Shown here one piece after another: positions 9,536-18,835 of a stretch of DNA of 64,000 bases; position 1 is the first letter of the stretch, and the number at the start of each line of letters is the position of its first letter. A program made the translations under genes and the position numbers. Source of the stretch: Bdellovibrionales bacterium (GTDB lineage: Bacteria > Bdellovibrionota > Bdellovibrionia > Bdellovibrionales > JAKFYE01). The DNA is taken from positions 3,310 to 67,309 of the forward strand of contig JAKFYE010000018.1 in NCBI GenBank assembly GCA_021731045.1. The letters run 5' to 3'. Under the pieces are notes generated by a model. That model saw only the letters and a program-made list of their open reading frames with translations, was not told where the DNA came from and ran no database searches.

Positions 9536-9721
9536 ATCGGATACTTTGAGGCTTGTGTGCACAGACTATAGGTCCAGGACTTTCGTGTTCGGTAATTGTC
9601 GAAGTGCGGGAGTTGAAAAAAAATAAACTTCTAGCCTGTTTGTGCGGGCTTGGCCACTCGTTCCATTTTTTTGTGTGGGAGGACCCTTGTCGTACGGGTC
9701 GTATGGTCGTATATACGGATT

Positions 9722-10441
9722 ATGGACAATCTAGTTAAAGATCTTGCTAAATATATCAAGCTTAAGGAGTTCTTAACTCTAAATGAGTTGGAAGACCATC
9801 AGCTTTTAACTGCCATCGTAAATAATGATTTGCAACTGTATGCCCATGTTGATGAAGGTGCTCTGATTGAAATTGACGAGTATAGAAACAAGAAGCGAAT
9901 AGGCACAGTGATCGACGAGTTTTTGGAAGTGTATCCAGAGGCTTTTTATGGTGCGTTCGTCAACGGAGTTGATCTAACTTCAAACTTTTTAAAGACAGAG
10001 CGCCCAATAGAAGACTGGCTACCAGATTTTGATTGGTCCGGGTTGTACTACGATACAACTCCGTCTGTTATTAAGATTGAGAATCTATATCTGAAACGTG
10101 TTCGTTCTGCGCAATATTCTCCATCGGGTACGACGGGACGACATAACGACATAGTTGTAATACAAAAAAATTGGAGCCAAATTAGAATTGGGGATGATTG
10201 TGTCAGATTAAGTCGAAGTCAGCATTTTTTATTGGAAGCACTATACTGTGCTCAAACTTCTTTAGAAATTGATCAACTTGTAAGAATCGGTGAGGAGCAA
10301 AAGTATTCGCTTATAATTAGAAGCAGAGATAAAGCATTACGAAGATTAGTCGTGCAAGGTGATGGAAAACTGTTTCCAAAACGACATTTCAAAGCATCGC
10401 AACTTTTAAAAAACGCAGTGTTTGCCGTAACAGTCGAGTAA
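9722..10441 (+). CDS. hypothetical protein upstream of the island primase
   Basis: ORF 9650..10441 trimmed to the first ATG (9722, MDNLVKDLAKYIK). No recognisable motif. Confidence 0.5.
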   Translation: MDNLVKDLAKYIKLKEFLTLNELEDHQLLTAIVNNDLQLYAHVDEGALIEIDEYRNKKRIGTVIDEFLEVYPEAFYGAFVNGVDLTSNFLKTERPIEDWLPDFDWSGLYYDTTPSVIKIENLYLKRVRSAQYSPSGTTGRHNDIVVIQKNWSQIRIGDDCVRLSRSQHFLLEALYCAQTSLEIDQLVRIGEEQKYSLIIRSRDKALRRLVVQGDGKLFPKRHFKASQLLKNAVFAVTVE

Positions 10442-10499
10442 AGCCGGTACCAAATGGTTCCAAATGGTCCTATGATTTGAATTAGAGAATCATGTACAA

Positions 10500-10517
10500 G
10501 CCTCCTAAATAGGAGGC
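10500..10517 (+). promoter_or_regulatory. hairpin sequestering the primase Shine-Dalgarno sequence
   Basis: GCCTCCT-AAAT-AGGAGGC forms a 7-bp stem whose 3' arm is the AGGAGG SD, 4 nt before GTG 10521. Confidence 0.35.
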
Positions 10518-10520
10518 ATT

Positions 10521-12602
10521 GTGAACGAAGTTTTAAAGTACGCACTATACACAGCAAAGAACGGTATTAAAGTTTTTCCTCTGGCAAGCATAGACAGTAA
10601 AAGGAATTGCACTTGTTTTAAAGGCAAAAACTGCCAACAAATCGCAAAACATCCAATCTTGGCGGGAAGTTGGAAAAAATATGCAACTACAGATGAACAA
10701 ACAATAAAATCTTGGTTTGAAAATGGGAAGTATAACTTCGCGCTGGTTGTGCCAGACAACTATGTCGTCGTAGATGTGGACCCCAAAAATGGAGGAGATC
10801 TTGCACTTGCAAACTTTGAAAAAGAGTTTGGCAAGTTAACACATACAGTTGAAGTGAAAACCGGAAGTGGCGGAAGGCATTTGTTTTATTTGAAGCCAAA
10901 GCAACTGGCGGGAGTTCACGTTAAGAATCGAGAAATTATAAGGGGTGTAGATATAAAGGCAGCAGGTGGGTATCTAGTAGGCGTTGGAAGCAATCACAAG
11001 TCAGGAAACAAATATATACAGGCCGGTGTGATGGGTTTTGATTTAACTAAGGTGCAGGAGTTGCAGCACGAAGATCTCATTAAGTTATTAAATCCACAAA
11101 AGAAGGCGAGTAAAGAAAATCACCAAAGCTCAGTGAAACCGATAATTGATGTTGGCTTTACCGATGGCAAAGTGGCTGAGGGATCGCGAAATCATTTTCT
11201 TTTTGCACTGGCTTGTTCACTTAGGGGCCGAGGTTTTTTCGAAGATCAAATACTTGGAGCCTTAAGGGTTATTAATAGTCTTCACTGTACTCCGAGTCTA
11301 TCAGAGGATGAAGTTATACTATGTTCTAAAAGTGCTGCACGTTACGCGGTCGGTGCAGCATCTCCGGAAAAGCCCAAATATTCAATGAATGACGCTTGTT
11401 TCGACGGAGCACTAGGAGAGGTTGTTAGAATTATATCTGAACATACAGAATCATCAGCAATAGGTGTGCTTTGCACATTGCTCACGATTTGTGGAAATGC
11501 AATGGGAAGAAAAGTAAAATTAGACGTTGGAAATATGAATCACGCGTCAAACCTTTTTTTAATTCTAGTTGGAAGCACGTCTAAAGGGCGAAAAGGCACT
11601 TCATATAATGTTGCCCGGGAAGTGAGCCAACAGTTCATAGATTCAAGTTGGTTTTCAAGAGTCGAAACGGGGTTAGCAAGTGGCGAAGGGTTGATTCAGG
11701 CGGTTAGAGATAAAAAAACCATTCTTAACGAAAAAGGGCAAGACGTAACAATAGATGAAGGAACTAAAGATAAACGACTACTAATATATGAGCCTGAAGT
11801 GTCTAAAGTATTAAGAGTAGCTAAGCGAGAAGGAAATACCGTGAGCCAAATTTTGCGTCAAGCTTGGGATGGGGGACGAATTCAATCTTTATCGAAAGCT
11901 TCTCCACAGGTGGCAACCGGTCACCATATTTCTATGATAGGCCATATCACTAACCATGAACTTCTTACGGAAATTGAATTGAATGACATTTTCAATGGAT
12001 TCGCTAATAGGTGTCTTTGGGTGTATGTAGAAAGAGAAAGACTGTTACCGCTCGGCGGTTCAATTATTGACTTTTTATGTGATTATAAAAAACTTGAAGG
12101 AATATTCTATGAGCCTTCGGAGCGGACTTCTCTAAAACTTTCCGAAAAAGCCAAGCCTGTATGGACGCAGATATATCAAAGTCATAATACGTCGTTTGAT
12201 ACCCAAGATGAAAAACTTAATGCGTTGGAGGCCAGAGGCACTGACCATATTCTTAGGCTTGCTTTAATCTATGCGTACGCTGACAGAGCCACAGAAATTT
12301 CTCCTCAGCACTTGCATTCTGCCCAGTCGATTTGGAATTATTGCAGGCTGTCTATCGCATATGTCTTTGGAACAAAGGCTCAGTATGCGAGCCGTGTTGA
12401 AGAGAAGATTCTTGAACTATTTAATAATCGCACTGAACTTACTAGGACACAGATACGAGATGGCCTAAACCGAAACTCAAGCTCTAAAGAGATCAACGAA
12501 ATTCGACAGCGATTGCTTGAAAAGGATCTAATCCAAGTTGATTTTAAAGATGGGACCGAGGTTTGGACGAAGAAAATAGACAACTCGATCAATTCGCACT
12601 GA
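10521..12602 (+). CDS. bifunctional Prim-Pol primase/polymerase with PriCT-like and DUF3987-like (helicase-type P-loop) domains
   Basis: Prim-Pol motifs GIKVFPL, VVVDVDPKNGG and TGSGGRHLFY. PriCT-like EGSRNHFLFALACSLRGRG...SEDEV. P-loop-like LVGSTSKGRKGTS. GTG start follows AGGAGG. Confidence 0.85.
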   Translation: MNEVLKYALYTAKNGIKVFPLASIDSKRNCTCFKGKNCQQIAKHPILAGSWKKYATTDEQTIKSWFENGKYNFALVVPDNYVVVDVDPKNGGDLALANFEKEFGKLTHTVEVKTGSGGRHLFYLKPKQLAGVHVKNREIIRGVDIKAAGGYLVGVGSNHKSGNKYIQAGVMGFDLTKVQELQHEDLIKLLNPQKKASKENHQSSVKPIIDVGFTDGKVAEGSRNHFLFALACSLRGRGFFEDQILGALRVINSLHCTPSLSEDEVILCSKSAARYAVGAASPEKPKYSMNDACFDGALGEVVRIISEHTESSAIGVLCTLLTICGNAMGRKVKLDVGNMNHASNLFLILVGSTSKGRKGTSYNVAREVSQQFIDSSWFSRVETGLASGEGLIQAVRDKKTILNEKGQDVTIDEGTKDKRLLIYEPEVSKVLRVAKREGNTVSQILRQAWDGGRIQSLSKASPQVATGHHISMIGHITNHELLTEIELNDIFNGFANRCLWVYVERERLLPLGGSIIDFLCDYKKLEGIFYEPSERTSLKLSEKAKPVWTQIYQSHNTSFDTQDEKLNALEARGTDHILRLALIYAYADRATEISPQHLHSAQSIWNYCRLSIAYVFGTKAQYASRVEEKILELFNNRTELTRTQIRDGLNRNSSSKEINEIRQRLLEKDLIQVDFKDGTEVWTKKIDNSINSH

Positions 12603-12609
12603 GTAAACC

Positions 12610-12855
12610 ATGAAAACCAAATTCAAAGTGCATAATCAGATTGAACAACCTAATGACATGGAATACCAAAGAGTTGAGACGCTCTTTGATAAAAAAATAT
12701 GGATGAATACGAGAGAAGCAGCGGAATACTTAAGTGTTTCGGTTAATAGCCTTCGATTGAAGGTGTGGAAGCGGCAAATACCTGCTTACAAATTTAACCG
12801 GCACCTTCGATTTAAGAAAATAGAGCTAGATCGGTATATGAGGCCACTAAGATAG
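12610..12855 (+). CDS. excisionase/AlpA-like HTH DNA-binding protein
   Basis: 81 aa. WMNTREAAEYLSVSVNSLRLKVWKRQIPAYKFNRHLRFKKIELDRYM matches the MerR-type excisionase HTH pattern. Lies directly upstream of the integrase. Confidence 0.7.
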   Translation: MKTKFKVHNQIEQPNDMEYQRVETLFDKKIWMNTREAAEYLSVSVNSLRLKVWKRQIPAYKFNRHLRFKKIELDRYMRPLR

Positions 12856-12863
12856 GGGACCCT

Positions 12864-14012
12864 ATGTCGATACAAGAATATTATCTAAACGATAAAAAGT
12901 ATTTCAAAGTCATTGTAAATTTGCGCTCGAAAAAGGATCGAAATCTTAAAGTTCAAAAATACAGATCAAGTATTGATGACTTAAAAGAAGCCGAGAAAAT
13001 TGAACGATCACTTTTTCGAGATGCTCACGAAATAATGGCGCGAAAAGAAAATCGTGAAAGAAGCTGGGGACCTTTGGTAGATGAATGGGAGCTTGCGCTG
13101 CGGAACGGAAGTGGCGCAATGCGCTCGCTCGTTAAAACTACTCAAGAGGACTACATCAATGTCCTCCGTCTCTACACGATAAGTTGGTGGAAGATGCCCG
13201 CTGATCAAATAACACCCGCAGATGTGCGCGATCTTCTAATAAAAGTTCACGAATTGGGTAAGTCACAAGGTCGTCAACAACGTCTCAAGACTGCCATAGA
13301 TGGGATTTTTAAATGGGGCATAGAAACAAGACGAATAAAGTTTGTTCATGCAAGCCCAGCGCGCGGAGTAAGTTTGGTTGGTCGAGTTGATGAAAGACCA
13401 CCAGAAATTCTCACGCTCAATGAAATCAAAAAACTACTTAGGTGCGCAAAGGAAATGAATCACCGCTTTTATTCAATATGGGCGATTGCGCTGCTAACAG
13501 GTTGTAGAACAGGTGAGCTTTATGCTCTTGAATGGAATGATGTGGATTTTGAAAACAGACGAGTGATGATTTCAAAGTCATACAACAAACGAATCCGTAC
13601 CTATGGCCCAACCAAGGCAGGATACTGGCGCGAGGTGCCCATGAGTGGTGAGCTTGAGAGAATGTTGAAAGAGTTAAAGCTTAACAGTGCTGGAAGAAAA
13701 TGGGTTTTACCTCGTCCTCACGAATGGACGAGTTACCAACAGGCAGCTGTTTTGCGTCAATTCTGTGGTGAAATTGGCATTCCATCTATTCGCTTCCACG
13801 CCTTACGCGCTTGCTTTGCGACTCAGTTGATAAAAGACGCCGTAGCACCTTCAGTTGTTATGAAAGTATGCGGTTGGAAGGATTTGAAGACCATGCAGAG
13901 GTATATCCGTATGGCAGGGATTGAAATTAATGGCGCCACCGACGCGCTAAAAATTCTCCCTGAAGATCAGGTTATGGGACGAGTTGCCCATCTTTTTGAC
14001 GTCGGGAGTTAG
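12864..14012 (+). CDS. tyrosine-type integrase
   Basis: 382 aa. TGCRTGELYAL (Arg I), HALRACFATQL (H-x-x-R), and GWKDLKTMQRYIRM (catalytic Tyr). Confidence 0.9.
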   Translation: MSIQEYYLNDKKYFKVIVNLRSKKDRNLKVQKYRSSIDDLKEAEKIERSLFRDAHEIMARKENRERSWGPLVDEWELALRNGSGAMRSLVKTTQEDYINVLRLYTISWWKMPADQITPADVRDLLIKVHELGKSQGRQQRLKTAIDGIFKWGIETRRIKFVHASPARGVSLVGRVDERPPEILTLNEIKKLLRCAKEMNHRFYSIWAIALLTGCRTGELYALEWNDVDFENRRVMISKSYNKRIRTYGPTKAGYWREVPMSGELERMLKELKLNSAGRKWVLPRPHEWTSYQQAAVLRQFCGEIGIPSIRFHALRACFATQLIKDAVAPSVVMKVCGWKDLKTMQRYIRMAGIEINGATDALKILPEDQVMGRVAHLFDVGS

Positions 14013-14192
14013 TTGTAAATATTGACACTGAACAGACAGATTTATAGGCTGGCCACGGTTTCATGAAATATCCAGCCGCTCGCGGCCATTTGGCTACGGT
14101 GAAAATTTCTGTCTTGTCTCTAAAGGTCTAAACAACTTTTTAAGGACTTCTTAACGCGAGCAAAGAAATAAAGTCCATGAAAGGTTGCAAAT

Positions 14193-14672
14193 ATGCAAAC
14201 CAATATCCCGTCGACAGAGAGCCTTAAAGAAAAGGCCAAAGTAGTTCGCAAGTTCCTAAAAGATAAATGCAATGCGGATGTTTCGCATAGTCACTGTCTT
14301 GAACTTATCGCGCAAGTGTATGGCATCAAGGATTGGAACACGGCTTCCGCTGTATCCAAACCAGTGGTGAACAAAAGCACTCTGCCGTTTAAGGTTGAGA
14401 CTGTCGGTGACATGAGAAAGGCATTGGAGCCGTTCAAGGATTCGGATGTCATTGATGGCATGTATGAATTTAAGATCGCAGATTTCTTAGATAAGATCGA
14501 AAACGCTAGCGAGGACGGCATAATTTCCCAAGAGTTTCGTTTAACCTTGGAAGATTTGGATGAAGGGAAAGCCGAACCAAGAATAGCCAGTTTTAAATTG
14601 AATCTGGAGCACGAAGACGTTCGCTTTGAGTCCGAAGATGGAATTCACGGTGGAGACCTAAGTTTATTTTAG
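14193..14672 (+). CDS. hypothetical protein (last island gene)
   Basis: 159 aa. The N-terminal segment VSHSHCLELIAQVYGIKDWNTASA resembles, from memory, a short helical domain seen at the N-termini of some proteins annotated as glyoxalase-superfamily. Acidic C-terminus. Confidence 0.5.
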   Translation: MQTNIPSTESLKEKAKVVRKFLKDKCNADVSHSHCLELIAQVYGIKDWNTASAVSKPVVNKSTLPFKVETVGDMRKALEPFKDSDVIDGMYEFKIADFLDKIENASEDGIISQEFRLTLEDLDEGKAEPRIASFKLNLEHEDVRFESEDGIHGGDLSLF

Positions 14673-14725
14673 GCCAAGAAGGTGTTTGTCGAGGACTTAA
14701 CTTGTTAATCTTGTTGAGTAATCGA

Positions 14726-14737
14726 CGTCACCTCCAA
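14726..14737 (+). repeat. attR core (duplicated tRNA-Cys 3' end)
   Basis: CGTCACCTCCAA in direct orientation, lying 714 nt past the integrase stop. 13 of 14 positions match if extended 2 nt to the 5' side. Confidence 0.55.
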
Positions 14738-15173
14738 ATTTCTGCTAAGAAATAGCCGCTAATTGAACTAAGTAACGAAAATCATAAACAAATGGATTCA
14801 ATGAGTTACCGAGTTCGGAACGCTTCAAACAAGACCACAAATAACCAAAGATAACAGTCTTGCTTTGGCATTTGCCTGGCATCGACCTGACATTTTTGGT
14901 GGTCTTTAACACGGGGTCTATCGGCCCAATTAATAAACGAAAAATTTAGTCTGATTTTTTTAATCCACGAGGAGGATTTATGTAGTCGTTCAATATTCGT
15001 CACTTTTACCTCCACGCTTGTCCTAACAAGCTATTATGAAAGGCAATCTTTTAACTCACGCGAGACAATCAAAGAGGAAGGAATTTCGTTGCACCTGACA
15101 GGTAATACTTCAAAATATAGAATTACAAAATGCGATATCTCGAAACGAAACTTTCTATGAACATCATTCACAT

Positions 15174-15866
15174 TTAGGCTTTTTTCATTTTAACAACAAG
15201 ATTGCAGATTCCGCTATTTGATGAGAGCTCTTTTTCGGTTTGTTCAAGAAACCACTTATAAAACAACGGTGACCGACGTAATATCCATTTTGAAAAATAA
15301 AGATTAAGATAGTACAGAATAAACCACATTTTACCAACAATACGTACACTTTCGACTTTGAAACCTGCCTGAGTTGCATAAGCGACTATGGAGCTCGCTG
15401 AGTAATGCCGATGACCTTTTAGCCACCAAGCGGGATCAGAGATATTGCTCAAAATTGAGTTGTGGGGTGTGGAGAGGTAAAAGAGGCCGCCGCTTTTTAA
15501 TACACGATGGGCATTCTGAAAAAGTTTTAATTCCATGTTCGGATTTATATGTTCTAGAACCTCCCAACACACGACTACGTCAAACTCTTCATTCATAAAT
15601 GTTAAATTAAGAGCGTCATTTTGAATAAATGATATTTTACTGTTTGTGTGGTTTCTTTTTGCTGTCTCTAAGTCTTCGGATTTAAATTCGATTGCGACAA
15701 TACTTTTAGCGAATTGAGAGGCGTAATGCTCAAACCATCCAAAGCCACAACCAATATCGAGTAGGTTTTTATCTTTAAGCTCAGGCGGAGCGACTTGCTG
15801 ACATAAGTATCCAGGAAATCCCCTCATGTCCAAATCTGAAAATTTATATTGTTCTAAACTCTTCAT
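15174..15866 (-). CDS. class I SAM-dependent methyltransferase
   Basis: Motif I LLDIGCGFGWF, post-I acidic residue (AIEF), and FDVVVCWEVLEH. Confidence 0.8.
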   Translation of the reverse strand: MKSLEQYKFSDLDMRGFPGYLCQQVAPPELKDKNLLDIGCGFGWFEHYASQFAKSIVAIEFKSEDLETAKRNHTNSKISFIQNDALNLTFMNEEFDVVVCWEVLEHINPNMELKLFQNAHRVLKSGGLFYLSTPHNSILSNISDPAWWLKGHRHYSASSIVAYATQAGFKVESVRIVGKMWFILYYLNLYFSKWILRRSPLFYKWFLEQTEKELSSNSGICNLVVKMKKA

Positions 15867-16162
15867 ACATTTAGTTAACCAGATTTGAAATAGACGTCAC
15901 GCTACTTTTCGTTCCGAAGCGCATCATCTGCTAAAACACTTCGGAATGAAAAGTAGCTTGAGACATATTCATTTCGTTTTGTCCCACGCATTGGATTTCT
16001 AATTCATAGATTTAAAAAATGGTCGAAGTGTGTATTCCAATTTAACAGTTAGGAATATATTACCGGCAAAATGTACGATTTATAGGTGTCCAAACATAAC
16101 TTGGTATAAATGAGCGAATGATTTATTGTGCCCTAGAATAAAAAATAAAAAGGAGATTCCTT

Positions 16163-16654
16163 ATGAAACAACGACTTTCTTCGTTACTGGTTTTAGCACT
16201 TTGTATGATGACTCTTTCTGCTTGCGTAGACAATAGTTCACCTGAGGCTGTGTTAAACTCTTCATTCAAAGCTTTGAGTAAAAATTCGACTAAAAAAAAT
16301 GTTGAGTTGGCTCAAGAATATTTTTTAGGTGCAGCACTTGTACAGTTTGGGAGTGAGGCAGGAATGCTTTCTCTTCAAAACGCTGTGGTTCCCTACAAAA
16401 AATTACGGCTAGGCAATATCAATATCGAAAGTACCATTATACTTGAAGTTGGAGAGCGCGCTCTTCGTAGTTACAGTGTCGAAGTTCTTGGCGTTACATC
16501 TTTAAGTGAGAAATCAAGGGTGTTAACAGCTGGTGTTCAGTGCGATTACACATTTGAAAGAAGTCAATGTAGCTATGAGTTCGATGAAGGCTGCAGCAGT
16601 CGCCCTCAAGGTTGGTATGACTCAAATTGTGCGATTACGGATTTAAATTTTTAA
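16163..16654 (+). CDS. lipoprotein, function unknown
   Basis: AAGGAG RBS. Signal plus lipobox LSAC. Confidence 0.6.
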   Translation: MKQRLSSLLVLALCMMTLSACVDNSSPEAVLNSSFKALSKNSTKKNVELAQEYFLGAALVQFGSEAGMLSLQNAVVPYKKLRLGNINIESTIILEVGERALRSYSVEVLGVTSLSEKSRVLTAGVQCDYTFERSQCSYEFDEGCSSRPQGWYDSNCAITDLNF

Positions 16655-16829
16655 ATAATATGATTATCGAGGCGGATCAAAACCTCGATACAGCGTCTAC
16701 AGAGTATATCCTCAAACTTTGTGGCAAGAAGACGCCATCTTCAAAGCTTTCTATGACTCAATGTTTGTATAATTGCAAAATTGTACGCGAAATGGAATGC
16801 CAGCTCACTGAAGACTAGAGTGACACCTT

Positions 16830-18833
16830 CTACTCTGATCTTAGAGCTTCGATAGGTGATAGCTTCTCGGCTCTGAGAGCGGGGATGAAACCGCTGGCGA
16901 TTCCTACCGCGAGAATTGAGACGGTTGAGAGTAGCAAGGCTTGGTAGTTAATAATCCATTCAAATTGAAATTTGGGAATAAATTTTGAACCACCCCAAAT
17001 AATAGTTTGATATCCGATAAATCCGAAAGCTAAGCCGAAAACGCCGGCAATTCCACAAAGTAAAATAGCCTCTAATAAAAACTGTTGTCGGATACTTGTG
17101 TTCGTTGCACCTAGAGCTTTTCGCAAACCGATTTCGCGATAACGTTCTGAAACTGAAACCAACATCATATTCGCAATGCCGATACCTCCAACAGCAAGTG
17201 AAATTAAGGCGATGCTGGCTAAAAACGTTGAAAAAATATTTAAAAATCGATTCATTTGACCGATCAAAATACTATTAGCGTTGGCTCTAAATCTACCCGA
17301 GGTTCCGTATTTTCTTTCGAAAAAAGATTGAATGGCTTTGCCTGTTTTCTCAATATCGTTGCCATCAGCAATTTTCATTAGGACGTCTCGAATTCGCACA
17401 ACCCACCAATTGCCTCCGACAGTTTGAAAGTATGTATTAGGAATATAAACCTCAAGATCAGGGTTGCGATCCTCGCTTCGACTTCGCAAGGCTTTGGCCA
17501 CCCCAATCACTCGACAGCCATAACTTTGTTCATCAGAAGAAATTTTTAAAACTTCGCCCAGCGCTTCGACGTTTGAAAATAATTTTTCGGCAACTTCTGA
17601 GCCGATAACACAAACAGCAGAACGATTTTTGACATGAAATAGCGAGATATTGGATCCTTTAGAAAGTTCTCTTCCCGTAATTAAAAAAGCCTCTTCATTA
17701 ATGCCGATCACGCGCGCGTCTTCCTCGATGGCTTTACCGCCAAAATCCAGTTTTGCTCTCCAAGTAGAAAGTACGGGGGAAATTCGAATGACTTCTGGAA
17801 AAATCTTCTTAAGTGGCTCAAGGTCTCTCTCCCAAGAAAAACTTGAAAAAACAATACCCGTTTTATCTGTCGCCTTCTGGTCCCAATTTTGACTTCCGCG
17901 AAAACTGAGCGTGTTCACTCCAAGTTCGGCGTAACTACTGAGAATGCGCTCTTTTGCAAATTGACCAAGAGTCACCATTGCAAAAACGGAAGCCACACCA
18001 ATAGAAATTCCAATCATAGTTAGTATTGAACGAATTTTATTTCTAAATATATTTGCACTCACAAAAGGCAAAAGTTTTAAGTATGAATCAATCGGATTTC
18101 TAAACCCAAGCTTCGGCGAGGGAATTAAGATGTTTGGGGCGTTTGATAATCCATGAGATTCTTCTTTTGCAATCTTGCCGTCATAAATAAAGATTGTACG
18201 ATCGGCTTGTGCGGCAATATCTTTATCGTGGGTTATTAAAATAACGGTCTTGCCTGACTTTTTAAGAGACTTAAGCTCATCAATAACGATAGCGGCGCTT
18301 TTTGAATCAAGATTCCCGGTGGGTTCATCGGCTAAAATAATGGGGGCTTCATTTAGAAGCGCACGTGCAATAGCCACACGCTGCTGTTGGCCGCCAGAAA
18401 GTTCTTGTGGCCCATGATCAAGTCTGTCCTGCAACCCCAGTCTTGTCGCCAACTCTCTTGCTTTCAGAGTAAAAGTTTTTATATTTTTTGGTTTTTCAAT
18501 TGGATAGCGTGCTGATAGTAAAATATTTTCTAATACATTCGCTTTTGGAAGCAAATGAAACTGTTGAAAAACAAATCCAAGGTTCTCATTGCGAAAAACG
18601 GCGAGTTCATCGTCAGTAAGTTTTGAAGTGTCCCAATTACCAATCGTAATTTTTCCGCTTTGAACTGGCGTCATACAACCTAACAAGTATAGTAGAGTCG
18701 ATTTGCCAGAGCCTGAAGGTCCTTGGATCGCAACAAACTCACCAGAGTAAATTTTAAAATTTAACCCAAATAATATTGGAAAACCTGGTTTGTAGGCGAA
18801 TCCCAAATCCTCAACATGGATCAGAGGTTTCAT
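16830..18833 (-). CDS. macB: MacB-type ABC transporter (fused ATPase and FtsX-like permease)
   Basis: Walker A GPSGSGKST, signature LSGGQQQR, Walker B ILADEPT, and a C-terminal four-TM FtsX-type domain with a large periplasmic loop. Confidence 0.9.
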   Translation of the reverse strand: MKPLIHVEDLGFAYKPGFPILFGLNFKIYSGEFVAIQGPSGSGKSTLLYLLGCMTPVQSGKITIGNWDTSKLTDDELAVFRNENLGFVFQQFHLLPKANVLENILLSARYPIEKPKNIKTFTLKARELATRLGLQDRLDHGPQELSGGQQQRVAIARALLNEAPIILADEPTGNLDSKSAAIVIDELKSLKKSGKTVILITHDKDIAAQADRTIFIYDGKIAKEESHGLSNAPNILIPSPKLGFRNPIDSYLKLLPFVSANIFRNKIRSILTMIGISIGVASVFAMVTLGQFAKERILSSYAELGVNTLSFRGSQNWDQKATDKTGIVFSSFSWERDLEPLKKIFPEVIRISPVLSTWRAKLDFGGKAIEEDARVIGINEEAFLITGRELSKGSNISLFHVKNRSAVCVIGSEVAEKLFSNVEALGEVLKISSDEQSYGCRVIGVAKALRSRSEDRNPDLEVYIPNTYFQTVGGNWWVVRIRDVLMKIADGNDIEKTGKAIQSFFERKYGTSGRFRANANSILIGQMNRFLNIFSTFLASIALISLAVGGIGIANMMLVSVSERYREIGLRKALGATNTSIRQQFLLEAILLCGIAGVFGLAFGFIGYQTIIWGGSKFIPKFQFEWIINYQALLLSTVSILAVGIASGFIPALRAEKLSPIEALRSE

Positions 18834-18835
18834 TT

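Larger units (their letters stand above)
3709..14737 (+). mobile_element. tRNA-Cys-integrated genomic island (satellite-like or integrative mobilisable element, ~11 kb)
   Basis: Bounded by the direct repeat CGTCACCTCCAA (tRNA 3' end and 14726-14737). Carries an integrase, an excisionase-like HTH, a Prim-Pol/DUF3987-like primase and an XRE regulator. No capsid, tail or conjugation genes. Confidence 0.65.

Noticed and set aside
14086-14093. Third, inverted copy of CCAAATGG near the integrase end, as a possible iteron
   Set aside because: An 8-mer is expected by chance about 0.3 times in both strands of the 11-kb island, so this is not significant on its own.
14806-15015. 69-aa minus-strand ORF just outside attR
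   Set aside because: No RBS, odd composition, no motif. Treated as non-coding.
16627-16818. 63-aa plus-strand ORF between the lipoprotein gene and macB
   Set aside because: It overlaps the lipoprotein gene's 3' end out of frame and has no RBS or motif. The region contains only a weak hairpin (16665-16690).
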